Shown piece by piece: positions 30,427 through 46,350 of a DNA stretch of 64,000 nt. Source of the stretch: Octopus vulgaris (Eukaryota). Location of the stretch: positions 15,190,001 through 15,254,000 of the forward strand of contig OX597834.1 of assembly GCA_951406725.2 (NCBI GenBank), given 5' to 3'. Below the pieces are notes generated by a model. The model searched no databases, was not told the DNA's origin, and worked only from the letters and a program-made list of their open reading frames with translations. Position 1 is the first letter of the stretch, and every line of letters starts with the position of its first letter. The translations under genes were made by a program, and so were the position numbers.

Positions 30427-30990
30427 GGGCAGCTGTGTCTGTGAGGTGAGAAGCTTGCTTACCAACCACATGGTTCCGAGTTCAGTTCCACTGCATGGCA
30501 CCTTGGGCAATTGTCTTCTACTGTAACCTCGGGCCGAGCAAAGCCTTGTGAGTGGACTTAGTAGATGGAAACTGAAAGAATCCCTTCGTGTGTATATATA
30601 TATATATATGTATTTGTATATAAAACTGTTGTAATACTTACAACATTTAATAAAATGATGTAGTACGAAACGATCGTACCAAATTGCTGGAGTCATTCTT
30701 GTTGCTTATTTTGATTATAATCACCCCACGGATTTTTATGGATAACACCATACAGAATTCTGGTGCATCTAAATTAAGTACCATATTCATTTGAATCTAA
30801 ATTTTTGCTGAACTTATATAGCATCGCTTGACAACTGTTGTTGGTTTGTGTATGTCCCCGCAACTTAGCGATTCGGTAAAAGAGATCGATAGTACTAGAC
30901 TTACAAAGAATAGGTCCTGGGGTCGATTTGTTCGTCTAAAGGCCGTGCTCCAGCATGGCTGCAGTCAACTAACTGAATCGTGGAAAAGAG
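30427..30990 (+). mobile_element. SINE family A interrupted at its TA tract by a ~210-bp insert (30610-30820)
   Basis: Head 30427-30590, tail 30821-30990; insert has GAAACGATCGTA at 30667-30678. Confidence 0.8.
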
Positions 30991-31165
30991 TATTTGTTGG
31001 CGTAAAATAAATCAGAATTGTCGACAAAGGAGAAGCAGAGACAAAGAAAGAGGGAGAGAGAGAGAGGGGGAGAAAGACAAACAGACAGAAAATCAGAAGG
31101 GAAAGAGAAAGAAAGAGAGAACTATGGGCATTGATCAGTCTTATAATTATTTCTTTATATAAGCA

Positions 31166-31556
31166 CTAGCAGTATCGCCCGGCGTTGCTCGGGTTTGTAA
31201 GGGAAATAACTATATAAGCATTTTTAGAGAGTTATAGACAAAAATTAGCAAAAAAATGCATTAGAAATGGAAAAAAAATTATGGTAAATTTTTTTAAATC
31301 GTTGACTCATCGTAGACATTTTTAGAGAGTTACTTCCCTTATATAAAGCGAAAAAATGCATTAAAATGGAAAAAATGATGGTAATTTTTTTTAATCATAG
31401 ACTCATCGTAGACGCGCGCTAATACCCAGAAGGGCTCGATATGAATCACGACTATAAGATACCCGGTTTTGGTTAAACTGCACCGCAAAATGTGGGAGTA
31501 GTTAGGAATCTAAATCGTAGGAGACAGACACACAACCTTACTTTTATATATAAAGA
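31166..31556 (-). mobile_element. Non-autonomous Helitron
   Basis: Minus strand starts A|TCTTTATATATAAAAG, ends hairpin cccgagcaacgccggg then CTAG|T; no TSD. Confidence 0.85.
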
Positions 31557-32013
31557 TATCCTGATATCTATCATCGTTTCTGCTGTATAACGATGAGACA
31601 GACTCTAACTAAACGAATGCAGAACATTGCATATTTCTTTGTGTAAAATATATTAGATTCGTTGATACTGGGAAAATAGTATCACACTTGCAATAGAATG
31701 ATAATTCAAAGAGTCATTTTCTGAGAATATTCCTATCAAACCAACATCCGATTTAAAACGTTATTAGGGATAAAAGAATATACTATACAGATACATAAAA
31801 TATTTTAACAAAATTAGAAACAGTTTAGAGTTCAGCAATAGTTGTGAATTAGTTGATGGCTTTTAGAGTAGAAACAGCAGATAATTCATAGGGTATTGAT
31901 ACCAAAATTAATCAATAGTTCATTTGATGAACAAAGGCATCAATTCCTTTACTTTTAGAATTAAATGCTCCTCGATCGAATCCAGGCTGGAAGAGTTTAC
32001 ACATTAGAGAATA

Positions 32014-32524
32014 CCGTAAATCCTCAAGTATAATCCGCATTTTTTCCCCATAATTTAAAGATCAAAATCCCTAGTGCGTACTATATACGGGGTTAAAAAT
32101 GAAAAATATTTACTAAGCAATGTCCAAGTCTCTATTTGCTGTTCGGCAATGTTTATTCAGACGCATTTTGTGATGTCGGGTGCGAAAATACCTTAAGCTA
32201 AGCCAGAAAGCAATGAAGTCATAAAAGAATCATCCATAACTTGCAGTAAGCAACATTTATTAAAGGTTATTACTGTTATTTCTTTATTTTCTGCAAACAA
32301 AATTCACAAAAAGCTACACGTTTGCATTATGTTATATGTACAATAATAATAAAGGACGTTACCGTATACATTTTTACAAACAAAGGCTGTTATATAGACC
32401 TACTTAACTCAAGTTAGGGAAGGGGTGCATATTATACACAAGATTTAAGTTTTTCAGAGGTACAGCCCCCTAAAAATCCCCTGCGTATTATACTCGAGGG
32501 CGAACTATACTCGAGGATTTACAG
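32014..32524. mobile_element. Tc1/mariner-pogo superfamily MITE
   Basis: TIRs ccgtaaatcctcaagtata / tatactcgaggatttacag, TA on both sides. Confidence 0.85.
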
Positions 32525-33004
32525 TAAGCCACATGATGACGATTGGACGCAAAACCGATCGCAGATGTTGGTGGGGAATCCTATGTAGAAGTTGTGTACA
32601 AGTGGATGTACGACAGGTACATTTATGTGTAGAGCTCAACGTAGACTTTTGTAATCCAGTCTGCTTTTTGTATAGTGGTTAGAGAACTATTATACTGATA
32701 TGTGTTACCAGTTATAAGCTGGAGAGCAAGTGCAGGGAAAATAAGAAAAAGACAAGTTTATATTAAATATCCTACAGGCGTTTCACTTTCATCTTTGTTT
32801 GGGGCCCTGAGATAGATGTTACAAATATATATACATGCTCAACCACAACAGTTTAACAGAGGGTACATTATTGTATCAGATCGCTTAAGGAATATGCCTC
32901 AAAAGTTGAGTTAAAAATGCCGGATATTTATGATCTTATAGAGAAAAAAATGACCTCGTCGTCAATATTTAATTAAAATAGTCATCTGTGTATCATACTT
33001 AACG

Positions 33005-33282
33005 TACCAGGCGCTCCGTCGCTTACCGTGACAAGTGTTTCAGTTAATCCGATCAACGCAACAGCCTGCTGATTAATTTAACATACGAGTGGATGAGTTC
33101 TTCGCAGACGTGTGTAACTTTATCGAGGCTCTCAGGGAGATTCTGCTACACATTGTTGCCATCTGAATAAATTACAGTAGCATAAAATAAAGTGTCTTGC
33201 TCAATGATACAATGCACCACCGGGTGTCGACCTTACGACCTTACAGTCATGAGACGAATACCGTGACCACTAAGCCACGCAC
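33005..33282 (-). mobile_element. Old SINE, family D head with tail type 2
   Basis: Reverse complement reads gtgcgtggcttagtgg...ttgagcaagacacttt...gcaggctgttgcgttgatcggattaactg. Confidence 0.7.
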
Positions 33283-33704
33283 TTTCAATAAACGCAATGT
33301 ATACACGCCGTCAGTAGACCAGTTACTATAATAGTTGTGCTCATATAGCATCTCTTAAGGACTTATGATGAAATCACAGTAAAAATCAAAGAGAAATGAA
33401 AACACGCCCCAGCAGCGGCCAGGAAGAACACCAGAAGCATTTCGGCACCTGGGGTATTTTCAATGAAACATATTCGACACAAGCCGCTTGCTCGGAGGAG
33501 AATTTGACTTATCTGATATAGGAAAAAGTGTATAAAACATTCACTGATGTTGCAAATATACGAGTGACTAAATAAAATTCCGGTAACGCAATTGAGGCAG
33601 TATTTAAATAAAATAGTTATCTATTCAATATTTATTGTGTTTTAAATACAGCATGTCCATGAGAGATATCATATTGGGACAAATTGTACAGTAACTGCCC
33701 TATC

Positions 33705-34208
33705 CTTTCTACAAAAGGCATCAGGTTTGAAATTTTTTCGGGGAGGGGACCAGTCGATTACATCGATCCCAGTGATTCACTGGTACTTAATTTATTGATC
33801 CCGATAGGATGAAAGGCAATGTCAACCTCGGCAGAATTTGAACTTAGAACGTAAAGACGGACGAAATGCCGCAAAGCATTTTGACCGGCGTGTTAACGAA
33901 CCTGCCAGCTCGCCGCCTTGCAGTAATTGGTCTATTGCCAGAGTACAAGCATTAAGTATGCTATATAGGTGCATACAAGGCGGCGAGCTGGGCGAAACGT
34001 TAGCACGCCGGGCGAAATGTGTAGCCGTATTTCATCTGTCGTTACGTTCTGAGTCCAAATTCTGCCGAGGTCGACTTTGCCTTTCATCCTTTCGGGGTCG
34101 ATAAATTAAGTACCAGTTACGCACTGGGGTCGATGTAATCGACTTAATCCCTCTGCCTGTCCTTGTTTGTCCCCTATGTGTTTAGCCCCTTGTGGGTAGT
34201 AAAGAAAT
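33705..34208. mobile_element. Head-to-head SINE B2 (-, 33705-33920) and B1 (+, 33978-34208)
   Basis: B1 has TSD tatataggtgcatac (33962-33976 and 34216-34230). Confidence 0.9.
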
Positions 34209-35019
34209 ATATATATATATAGGTGCATACTTAAATCGAATAAGAATTTGAGTGATTTATTATACATAGCTAAGTGCTCAGCAACCATGCCTTTTCTAAC
34301 TCATCTATATCTATAAAGTAATTTATTGAAGTTTAAGACATGCAGTCTACAGTAATACTATATTCATTGTTACACATAAGGGCACAGATAGTGAATTATC
34401 AATGAAGTTTGGTATTTATTATTATACCGATATTGTTTGCTGCTCTACTTTTGAAAATCTACGAGGATGAAAACAAAGCAACACTGGTCATCAAGCGCTG
34501 CGACCCAAAAGCGCAAAGACAGAGGCACATATATGTATATAAAATTACAAAGGCTTCCACACAGTTCCCCCCTCTAAATTAACTCACAAGGCATTGAATG
34601 GCCCGAGGACATTGCAGAAGACAGTTACTGAAGTTACCGCACTGTGGGATTGAACTTGAAAGCACATGGTTGCAAAGCAAGCTCCTTTAGCCACACGGCC
34701 ATGCAAAATTTTCTTTTAATCTTTTTGAAAATACATGAGATTATTTCAGATAATAATTGAACATCTTAAAAATTAATCATATCGTAATATAATAAGACTT
34801 TAGTTTAATAAATATTGACATTTGTTTAACGTTGGAATAACGATATCTGGCTCTTATTAGCGTCTCTCACACATCCAAGCGTATTCCTCGGTTTAATTAG
34901 CATTGATAAGTCTATACATGTATATGTGTATATATGTCTGTATGTATGTATTTGCACAGATGTATTATGTATATATTTTGCACATATATATATATTATGT
35001 ATATGTATTGCACATATAT

Positions 35020-36710
<1,691 letters not shown>

Positions 36711-37256
36711 CTGAAGTGTTACTTTCCTGGCAAGCGAGATGCTCCAAGATTGTCTGACGAACCTAAAACATTTCCATTTCTGAAGTAGTAATTAACGCTC
36801 CACCATTTAAAACACTCATATAATATTACTTTCACTTTCGTATTATTACTTAATGGCATTGTATAATATAATTTGTCGAAAAGTTGCATCGCATATTTAG
36901 ACGCTGATCGCTGACGCTGGGAAGCGATTGGGGGAGGAGGGGGTTACGCAGCGGAACTGTGAAAATGATCAGAACGCAGATGGTATTGTAAAGGTTTTGA
37001 CACTGCGCGCTCTGCACTGCTATTAATATATGAGATATGAGGTTATATGATTGTATATGTGTATGTGTTGGACTCTGTGTTTGTGTTGTGCTTGCATGTA
37101 TGTGTCTGTGCTTGAATTGTTGATATATGTATGCGAGGATATATATGCATATATATATATATATACGTACATATACGTATATATTTATATATATATATAT
37201 ATATATATACGTACATATACGTATATATTTATATATAAATATAAATAAATATATAA

Positions 37257-37298
<42 letters not shown>

Positions 37299-38539
37299 GT
37301 ATGTATAGACATATATATAGACGTATATATAGACATACATACGTATGTGTGTTTGTGTGTGTGTATGGCGATATGCAGATGTATATGAAGATATCTATAT
37401 CAATCTATGTGTGTGTGTGTGCATGTATTTACTTGCGTAAGTGTATGTTGTATTAATTTTAGAGTAGTTGCCACACGGCTGCCATTTTGTTTGTGCGTTT
37501 ATAAAGTTCTATTTTCTCGTGACGTTTTTGTTCATTTCCGTTTTTTCTATTTTTTGGCACCGATCATTTCAAAGCATATATATGAATATATTCTTGTACG
37601 ACATAAAGTTATATTTCATTGACAATATAGTATTGCATAACATCTCCTTTTGGCCTTTTTGTCTATTGTTCTCTAGTATCTAGCTACAGTTGCGCTTTTA
37701 AAGTATAACATTGCAATATCTAACTTTTAGACACAGAAACTTTTAGCGCTCATGTATTCTTTCCACAGACAGGCTGGGTTCAGTTTCCATATATTATCTT
37801 GAATTTGAGTTTTCCTCCATTTTTTCAGAAGAAAGAAAAATATAAATAAATATAAAATATTTTTTTTAAATGGTCAGAATGTGAAGGCAAACCCATTTTT
37901 GCATTAAAGATTTGGCCAGCGAACCAAAATTAATTTTGACAGATTAATGTCCGATTTGTAATTTCATATTAATGAAAAAGGAATAAAAATAAGCCGTTGT
38001 TAGCAGAGATTGAGTCAAATAGTAAATCAATTATCATATCGTGAAATTCACTTAAAACACAAAAAGAAGATAAAGAATATTTTTTGAAAAACAAGGAAAA
38101 AGGAAGTTGGAATTGTATTCCTGCGAAATATTAGACTGATAAATTTAAAAGATATTCAACTTTAGAGAAACTAGAGTTGAATATTGATTTTAAAATTCTT
38201 CACAGAAAAGTTCGTTGGCTGGAAATAGCTTCATTTCGAAAATGGTATACTAAGCTTTAAGAAAGAAAGAAAGCAACCGAAGGGGAAATGTTATGTTCGT
38301 GTTAGGTTTATGTTTGAGATAATCGCGTTGCAAATGGCTGCTGCTAATCCGGGTTCTATTCATATGAACGAAAGTTTGGGACAATTGTTCTTGAGCGTAG
38401 CCATGGTTTGAACGGTTAAATTTGATAGAAATTTAGCACACGGAAAAGTACTATGTCGCAGATTGCATATACACATACATGCAGCTGTATTGTATATGCG
38501 AGCAAAATTTATATTTTTATTTGATATATTTATATACTG

Positions 38540-38850
38540 TGGAGGCGCAATGGCCTAGTGGTTAGGGCAGCGGACTCGCGGTCGCAGGATCGCGGTTTCG
38601 ATTCCCAGACCGGGCGTTGTGAGTGTTTATTGAGCGAAAACACCTAAAACAAAAGCTCCACGAAGCTCCGTCTGGGGGTGGTGATCCCTGCTGTACTCTT
38701 TCACCACTCTTTCTCCCACTCTTTCTTCTGTTGGCCTGCTCGCTTAGCCAGCGGGGTGGCGTCATTCGAAGGCTAAAACAATGCGAACGCATTGTGACCA
38801 GCGATGTGTAACAAAATCTGGTGGTCTGGTCGGTCACGTGATCACGTGAT
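38540..38850 (+). mobile_element. SINE family C (tRNA-Arg-like head), tail type 1
   Basis: ggaggcgcaatggcctagtggttagggcagcggactcg...gtttcgattccc; ends ggtcacgtgatcacgtg. Confidence 0.9.
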
Positions 38851-39083
38851 ATTTATATATTACTAAATTTTTAAATGTCGAGCTTTATAGATATAAATGA
38901 GTATATGAAGATTTGTATGTGTTTGGTCATTCTGTGGATTTTCTGATGTTCCTGTGGTTGTTGCTCTCATTGCCTCCCCCTCGGATAAAAAAAGTGTATA
39001 CAGCTCATTAGAGCACTTCTATTTCCAGTCCATTGTATATCTTGAGCGTTGTTGTCACTCAAGATATAAATTTATATTTTGTA

Positions 39084-39123
<40 letters not shown>

Positions 39124-39134
39124 ATGCACACAGA

Positions 39135-39292
39135 GTGAGTGAGTGAGTCAGTGAGTGAGTCAGTCAGTCAGTCAATCAGTCAGTCAGTCAGTGAGTCAGT
39201 CAGTCAGTCAGTTAGTTAGTGAGTCAGTGAGTCAGTCAGTTAGTGAGTCAGTGAGTGAGTGAGTGAGTCAGTCAGTCAGAGAGTAAGTGAGA
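39135..39292. repeat. (AGTC/AGTG)n microsatellite
   Basis: Read directly. Confidence 0.92.
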
Positions 39293-39581
39293 AATCCACC
39301 TTAACATACAACAGCTATTTAATATGGCTGTTGTATGTTTATGCTTAATATAATATTTCTACACACGCTTTATGTTTTTCTTTCACCTTTTATGAGCGTT
39401 TTAACCATGTGTTAGTGTTAGCCTTATATGAGTTTGTGTGTATTTAGCACTATCGCTACACTTATCTCTTTACGAGTTGTCTGTGTACTTAGTGTTCGAC
39501 TGTGAAGTGTGGCGTGGAAGACCATCTCATAATGTAATTTCCTGTATGTTCTAGACAGACATTCTATATTGTGCTTTCCTC

Positions 39582-39627
<46 letters not shown>

Positions 39628-39630
<3 letters not shown>

Positions 39631-40242
39631 TAGTATATTTTTTATATCGTGCTTTCACTTCACAGCTCTGTGTGCCTTGGGTATGTGCTGTGATTTGTTG
39701 TGATGCTCTGATGGTTACTGTATGGAAAGTGTTCTGCGTAAGATGTGTGCAGTGCCTAGTAGTGCAATTTTCTGTATGTTATATGTGTTTGTAAGTCCTG
39801 GTGTTTTTGTTATGTATTTGTCTGAATATTTTTTTATCATGCCTAATGCACCTATTATGATCGGAATTGTTTCTGTTTTAAGATTCCACATTCTGGTTAC
39901 CTCCATTTCCAGGTCTTTGTATTTTGAGAGTTTCTCCATTTCTTTTAGAGACACGTTGTCATCCGCTGGTATTGATACATCAATTAGAAAACTTTTTTTT
40001 TCTTCATGATCTCTGACAACTATATCTGGTCTGTTGACCTTAATTTCTCTATCTGTGTGTATTGGCATGTCCCAGAATATGGTTGCTTTCTCGTTTTCTG
40101 TGACCTTTTCTGGTGTGCCATACCATCTTTTTTCTGTTGTTATTCCATAATATTGGCATAGTTTCCAGTGTATATAGGTCCCAACTCTGTCGTGTCTGTG
40201 AATATATTCCTTCTTAGCCAGGACTGGGCAGCCAGAGATAAT
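39628..40242 (-). mobile_element. R4/Dong-clade retrotransposon 3' fragment (restriction-like endonuclease domain) within (TAA)n
   Basis: SGCPVLAKKEYIHRHDRV...IFWD then ORF 39715-40068 NRPDIVV...LIDVSIP...EKLSKYKDL...PIIIGALG; one frameshift; (TAA)n both sides. Confidence 0.9.
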
Positions 40243-40854
40243 TTATTGTTATTATTATTATTATTATTATTATTGTTATTATTATTGTTATTATTATTAT
40301 TATTATTGCTATTATTATTATTATTGTCATTATTATTATTATTATTATTGTCATTATTATTATTATCATTATTATTGTTATCGTTATCGTCGTCGTCATA
40401 ATCATCATTAGCGTATTGTTATTAGTATTGTTATTAATATCACCATTATTAATATTAATAGTAGTATTTTGTTTTTTTCATATTATAATTGTTACTATAA
40501 TTATTTTTATTGATGTTGCTATTATTATTATTAATGATATCATCATTACAAGTATTACTATTATCATGTAACTATTATTACTAGCATTAAATATTATTAT
40601 TATCATTTAACTCTTTGGCAACAGAAATTAGTTTTGTATTTGTATCGAATATCATACCAGTGATTGGAATCGCATCATAATAAGTTGCTTTTCCTTTTGG
40701 TTAAATTTTCTTTTCAGCCGCAAATAAAAACTAATGTAAAATAACGCTTCTTCCTCGTTTTAGGTTTCTTTCATTAAATTTTAATTGCAATGACTTGTTC
40801 AATACAAACAGCGGATACAAAACATAAATTCCCGAAGTTCGTTTAAATAGAATG

Positions 40855-40888
<34 letters not shown>

Positions 40889-41498
40889 TAATGATAATAA
40901 TAATAATGATGATGATGATGATGATAGTAATATTAATAATAATGATAATAATATTTAATGCTAGTAATAATAGTTACATGATAATAGTACTACTTGTTAT
41001 GATGATATCATTAATAATAATAGCAACATCAATAAAAATAATAATAGTAACAATTATAATATGAAAAAAACAAAATACTACTATATCTATATATATACTA
41101 CTATATATATATATGTATATACGACGGGCTTCTACATATATATATATATATATATATAATTATAGACAGATACATGTGTACATACACTGTATGTTTGTGT
41201 ATATACATACAAAATTTTTCCCTCGCATAAGACTACAATGTGCGCAGATAAAATAGAAAATAAGTATATATACAATTACACGCATTTAGTCGCCCAGTTT
41301 ACTCGTCATGATCAACAGTAAAAGCATCAGAAAGAAAAGCAAATGAATAGTTTTAGCAGGAGGAAGCGTGAGCGTGTGTGGGGTGGGGCTGATCAGCGTT
41401 GAATTCACGAAACTACAAACTACTTTCACTTTCTTAACGATCCGTGAAGAAAGCAGGCCCGGATCTCTACAACACGGTCACGAAATCATATAATATAA

Positions 41499-41565
<67 letters not shown>

Positions 41566-42495
41566 TCGAGCAATGTATCCACATGATAATAATAGAATAA
41601 CAACAAACGCAAGGACAGTAATAACAACAGAAACAACAATAATAATAATAAAAATGTTAATAATAATAATGATGATGATGATAATATTAAAGCTCTAAAA
41701 ATAACGATACTAAGAAATTGCATCCGAAAACGAAATGTCAATGATTATAGCTAGGTCAACTAATTCTGCTAATTCCGAAAGGCAAATGATCGAAAAATAA
41801 AATAATAAATATAATAATAATACTGAAGAATTTTAATGAATAAAATCTAATAAAATTGAACGTAGAAAAATTACAACAGAAAAGGGAAAAAAAATCATAG
41901 CGTTTTTATGCTATTTTTTTTATAAATATAGAAAATAAAATACAAACGATAACTTTTTTGAAAGAAAGATGTAAAGTATGAAATTATCAGTGAAATAAAA
42001 TTTAAATTATCATAGAGGGAACTTGGTTTAACCAACCCTTTTCCAGCGCTGCTACCACCACCGTTATCTTACAGTTCTGTTGTAGTTTTTTTTTATATCT
42101 TACTTGTTGTTAATTTTTGTTTTATTGATGTTATTTTATAATTGGCATCAATTTGATTGATACACTGTTGGAGATATTTAAACGAAAGTCATTACAGAGT
42201 TGGTAGCCATCCATCATTTAAGCAATCGAACGTTTGTATCGAGCTTCCCTTCCTAAGCGATATAACTTTACTCGATCAGCGGGAAAAAATAAAGATACTA
42301 TCGGTGATGGGGAAGGAACGGGTGTAAAACATAAAGATTGCGAAGAATTCTTCCTTCTAGACATTTATTTTATAATTCTTTTATTCTGTTAATATTTTGC
42401 TTGTTTCAAAGGCGGCAAGCAAGCAGACATGTGCGACGGCACGTTGGGCAAATTGCTTTGCGGCATTTTACATTTGTACGTTCAGAGTTTCTTAT

Positions 42496-42884
42496 GGAGT
42501 GGAAGCACTCCGTCGGTTACGACGACGAGGGTTCCGGTTGATCCGAATCAACGGAACAGCCTGCACGTGAAATTAACGTGTAAGTGGCTGAGCACTCCAC
42601 AGACACGTGTACCCTTAACGTAGTTCTCGGGGATATTCAGCGTGACACAGAGAGTGACAAGGCCGGCCCCTTGAAATACAGGTACAACAGAAACAGGAAA
42701 TAAGAGTGAGAGAAAGTTGTGGTGAAAAAGTACAGCAGGGATCACCACCATCCCCTGTCGGAGCCTCGTGGAGCTTTTACGTGTTTTCGCTCAATAAACA
42801 CTCACAACGCCCGGTCTGGGAACCGAAACCGCGATCTTATGACCGCGAGTCCGCTGCCCTAACCACTGGGCCATTGCGCCTCCT
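42496..42884 (-). mobile_element. SINE family C, tail type 2, full length
   Basis: TSD agagtttcttat at 42484-42495 and 42885-42896. Confidence 0.92.
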
Positions 42885-43630
42885 AGAGTTTCTTATAGCC
42901 GTTCATTCACTCAGCAGATAGTTGAGACTGAGTAACACTTAATGATGCTTTTTCCCCGATTTTGCTTTTTTCAGTATTGTACTCTGCCTCTCGTATTCGA
43001 GTACTATTTCGCCCCCTTGTTTTGCACCTATATTCTTATCTGTGTATGTATATTTTTATGAAGAGAATGCTTAGTTATTTACTATAGCATGTTCTATTGC
43101 GTTACTCTTACGGACGTGAACACCATTGACAGCAAATATGACGATGAGAGTGATAATAATAATGATAATGATGATGACGACTATGGGAAAGACGACGACC
43201 CCGACGGCGAAATAGGTGATTCCATTATAAACTTTGTAATAAGTGTTTGTCTAGAGTGTACCAAAGAAAGTCAGTATTTAAGACAAAACAGCAAAATCTC
43301 AAGGAATTCGAAGATAACGTCTGTTTTATTCACCTCGAAAGTTAACTTAAATGGTTTTAGCGTAATAAGAATGCTACCACATACAGAGTTAAGTGGTTTA
43401 TGTCCAGATATGTACATAAAATTTGTGAAATAATTCTAGTCTGGCATATAAGTAGAGAAAGACAGAAGAGGAAGAGGGGAGAATGAAGAGGAAGAAGGAA
43501 AAAGCGAGAAAGAGATTTTCCAAACATTGGCAAGACATAACGATTATTGTATAAGACGTTCCAAAAGTCTGTGCGACAAATGATAGAAATAGTCTGCAAG
43601 AGGTCTGGTCTTCGTAATGATAATAACAAT

Positions 43631-43673
<43 letters not shown>

Positions 43674-43744
43674 GTAATAATGGTGGTAGTAGTAGTAGTA
43701 GTAAAAATAATAATAATTGTAATAATGGTAGTAGTAGTAGTACT

Positions 43745-43978
43745 AAAGGCGGCGAGCTGACAGAATCGTTAACACGCCGGACGGAATGCTTAGCGGTATT
43801 TCGTCTGCCTACACATTCTGAGTTCAAATTCCGCTGAGGTCGACTTTGCCTTTCATCCTTTCGGGGTCGATTAAATAAGTACCAGTTACGCACTGGGGTC
43901 GATATAATCGACTTAATCCGTTTGTTTGTCCTTGTTTGTCCTCTCTGCGTTTAGCCCCTTGTGGGTAGTACAGAAATA
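43745..43978 (+). mobile_element. SINE B1 in a (TAG/TAA)n tract
   Basis: Full consensus; ggtagtagtagtagta on both sides. Confidence 0.9.
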
Positions 43979-44089
43979 GGTAGTAGTAGTAGTAGTAGTA
44001 ATAATAATAATAATAATGATAATAATAATAATAATAATAAATAAATGCCAAGGCGACGAGCTGGCAGAAACGTTATTTCTGTGACAGTG

Positions 44090-44250
44090 GTGGGCATAGA
44101 CATAGCAGACGCCTCTTCCTTAGGGCCCGATCGGAAGCCACCGTCATTATATTTATGACTGGATTCCCATGCGTGACCAATGGAGTCTAGAAGCTTTATC
44201 CCATCCTATCGTTCTTGGTCTGCCTGTAGGTCTTCTACCGTTTGGAGAAA
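44090..44250 (-). pseudogene. Possible RTE-type LINE 3' remnant
   Basis: Minus-strand PNGRRPTGRPRT resembles the RTE GxRxxGRPxxRW motif. Confidence 0.45.
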
Positions 44251-45254
44251 TAAGGCATCTACCACACGAATGTATGCCCTAAAAACATTCCGATGAGTCT
44301 ATAATTATTGAAGGTAAGAGTGTGAAACTGCGAGGAAAAACTTCGCCGTAGTTTCCCATAATTAATAACAGTTCAGTGATTTCGGTACTGGATCCTTCGT
44401 CTAAAATAATTGGATGCGTTGTCTAATTAGAAACGCGAAGATTAAATTTGGGATGAAATTAGAAGTGCGTTTTGACAGGAAGAATCAAATATTAGTTGAG
44501 CCTTAATTGGATAAAGATAGAGTTTGGTCGCTAATTATCGTTGCTTGTGTGAGATACTGGTTGAAGAATTATGTAAATGAAGTGTCCAGCGAGAAAAGTG
44601 TCAAAAAGACTTGTAATTTTTTTCCTGGATAATTTGAAAATGTAATAGAAACCCTCTACTTTATTAGTAGCTGTTAAGGAACCTCTAGGTAGTGGTATGA
44701 ATTGAGAGAAATAGCAACCAAATCTTTATTAGATTACTACTTTCGTTTGGAGTATTATAAATGAGAACGGTGTATGTCTTGATACCATAGAAAAAATACG
44801 GAGGTTTCAATGGATAATTTTGGGATGATCACGAGGGAAATGACTTCATTGATCTGCTGGACCAGTAGCAACCTGGGGCTAAGCGGTAACAGCAGTAGTT
44901 AATGATATTCTAATGGAAGATAGAGTTTCGATGATTTCGCAAAGAAATCGTCTTCTCTGTATAAGAAGAAACAGAGAGAGAGAGAGAGAGAGAGGGACAG
45001 AGAGAGTGGGGAGAGAGAGAGAGGGACAGAGAGAGTGGGGAGAGAGAGAATGGTGAATGCAGAAAGAGCAATGCTGGAGTCACTCTAAGAAACAATAAAA
45101 TCAAATTATACGGAAAATAATGGCGCTTTTAAATGACTTGATTGTAATTGAGAGAAATTAAAACTGAGAGGAAGAACGTTGGGTCGAGGGAAATGGGGGA
45201 ATTTCAAAGTCGAAAGGAAACATTGAGGGAGACTGATTGACGATAATCTACTCA

Positions 45255-45297
45255 AAGATGTTGTTGGTGTTGGTGGTGGTGGTGGTCGTCGTCGTCG

Positions 45298-45340
<43 letters not shown>

Positions 45341-45805
45341 CTTTGTGGTGGTCGTCGTGTTGTTGTTGTTGTTGGTGGTGGTGGTCGTCGTCGTCGTGTT
45401 GTTGTTGGTGGTGGTCGTCGTGTTGTTGTTGGTGGTGGTCGTCGTCGTCGTCGTCATCGTCGTCCTGTTGATGACGGTGGTGGTTGTAGTGGTGGTGGGG
45501 TTTTTTTGTCGACGATGGTGATGATGATGATGAAGGGGATGACGACGAAGATCACAACACCTAGGATGATAACAACGACGACGATTGTTATGATGATGAT
45601 GATGAAGATAGTGATGATGATGATGGTGATGGTGATGAAGATGGCTATGACATAGAAGACAACGACGTCGTGATGCTGTTGATTATGATGAGGAGGCTGA
45701 TGCGGAAAAATAAGGACGCGGAAAACGAGGATAACTTTAATGACGACGACGGCGACAATGATGATGACGATGATAGTAAGGAGGAGGAGGAGGACGACGA
45801 CGAAA
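45255..45805. repeat. Compound (GTT/GGT/GTC/GAT/GAC)n tract
   Basis: Read directly. Confidence 0.92.
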
Positions 45806-46288
45806 GGATTTTGACAAAATTTGCCCTGAGCGAGCAGACCCATGGTGAAAGCATTTAATCTTCCCGGCCGCCGTCCTCAACGTCTGGGATTTGTCCCCGA
45901 GGAAACTGAATCAGGCCGAAACTGCTTGCCTACTATTCCACTGGCATTTAAAGCGAAGCCCCATGGTTTTTAACAGTTAAGTTTCGTATACAATGATATT
46001 TAGAAAGAGAGAGTTTCTATTAAAATGCCATAAGAATATTTAATATTTGCGAGTCTATAGAATTTGCTAGAATTTGCCAAAAGCAATAAAAAATGTTTGG
46101 GAGAAGAGCAGACGGGAATTGAAATGAACAACTAAATGACTGAGAATTTCTAAAGCTTAATTAGCATAACTATTATATGATAAATAAAGGTGTGTTAACA
46201 GCCTACCTTTAAAGTAAGCCATAAGCATCAATCTATATATTTATTTCTGTGTATGTCTGTGTATGTATGTATGTATATATATATGTAT

Positions 46289-46350
<62 letters not shown>

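Noticed and set aside
38540-38615. Genuine tRNA-Arg genes at SINE C heads
   Set aside because: Acceptor stem is not formed and each runs into a shared SINE body.
45842-45973. 43-aa small ORF MVKAFNLPGRRPQRLGF...
   Set aside because: Length expected by chance, weak start context, no recognisable homology.
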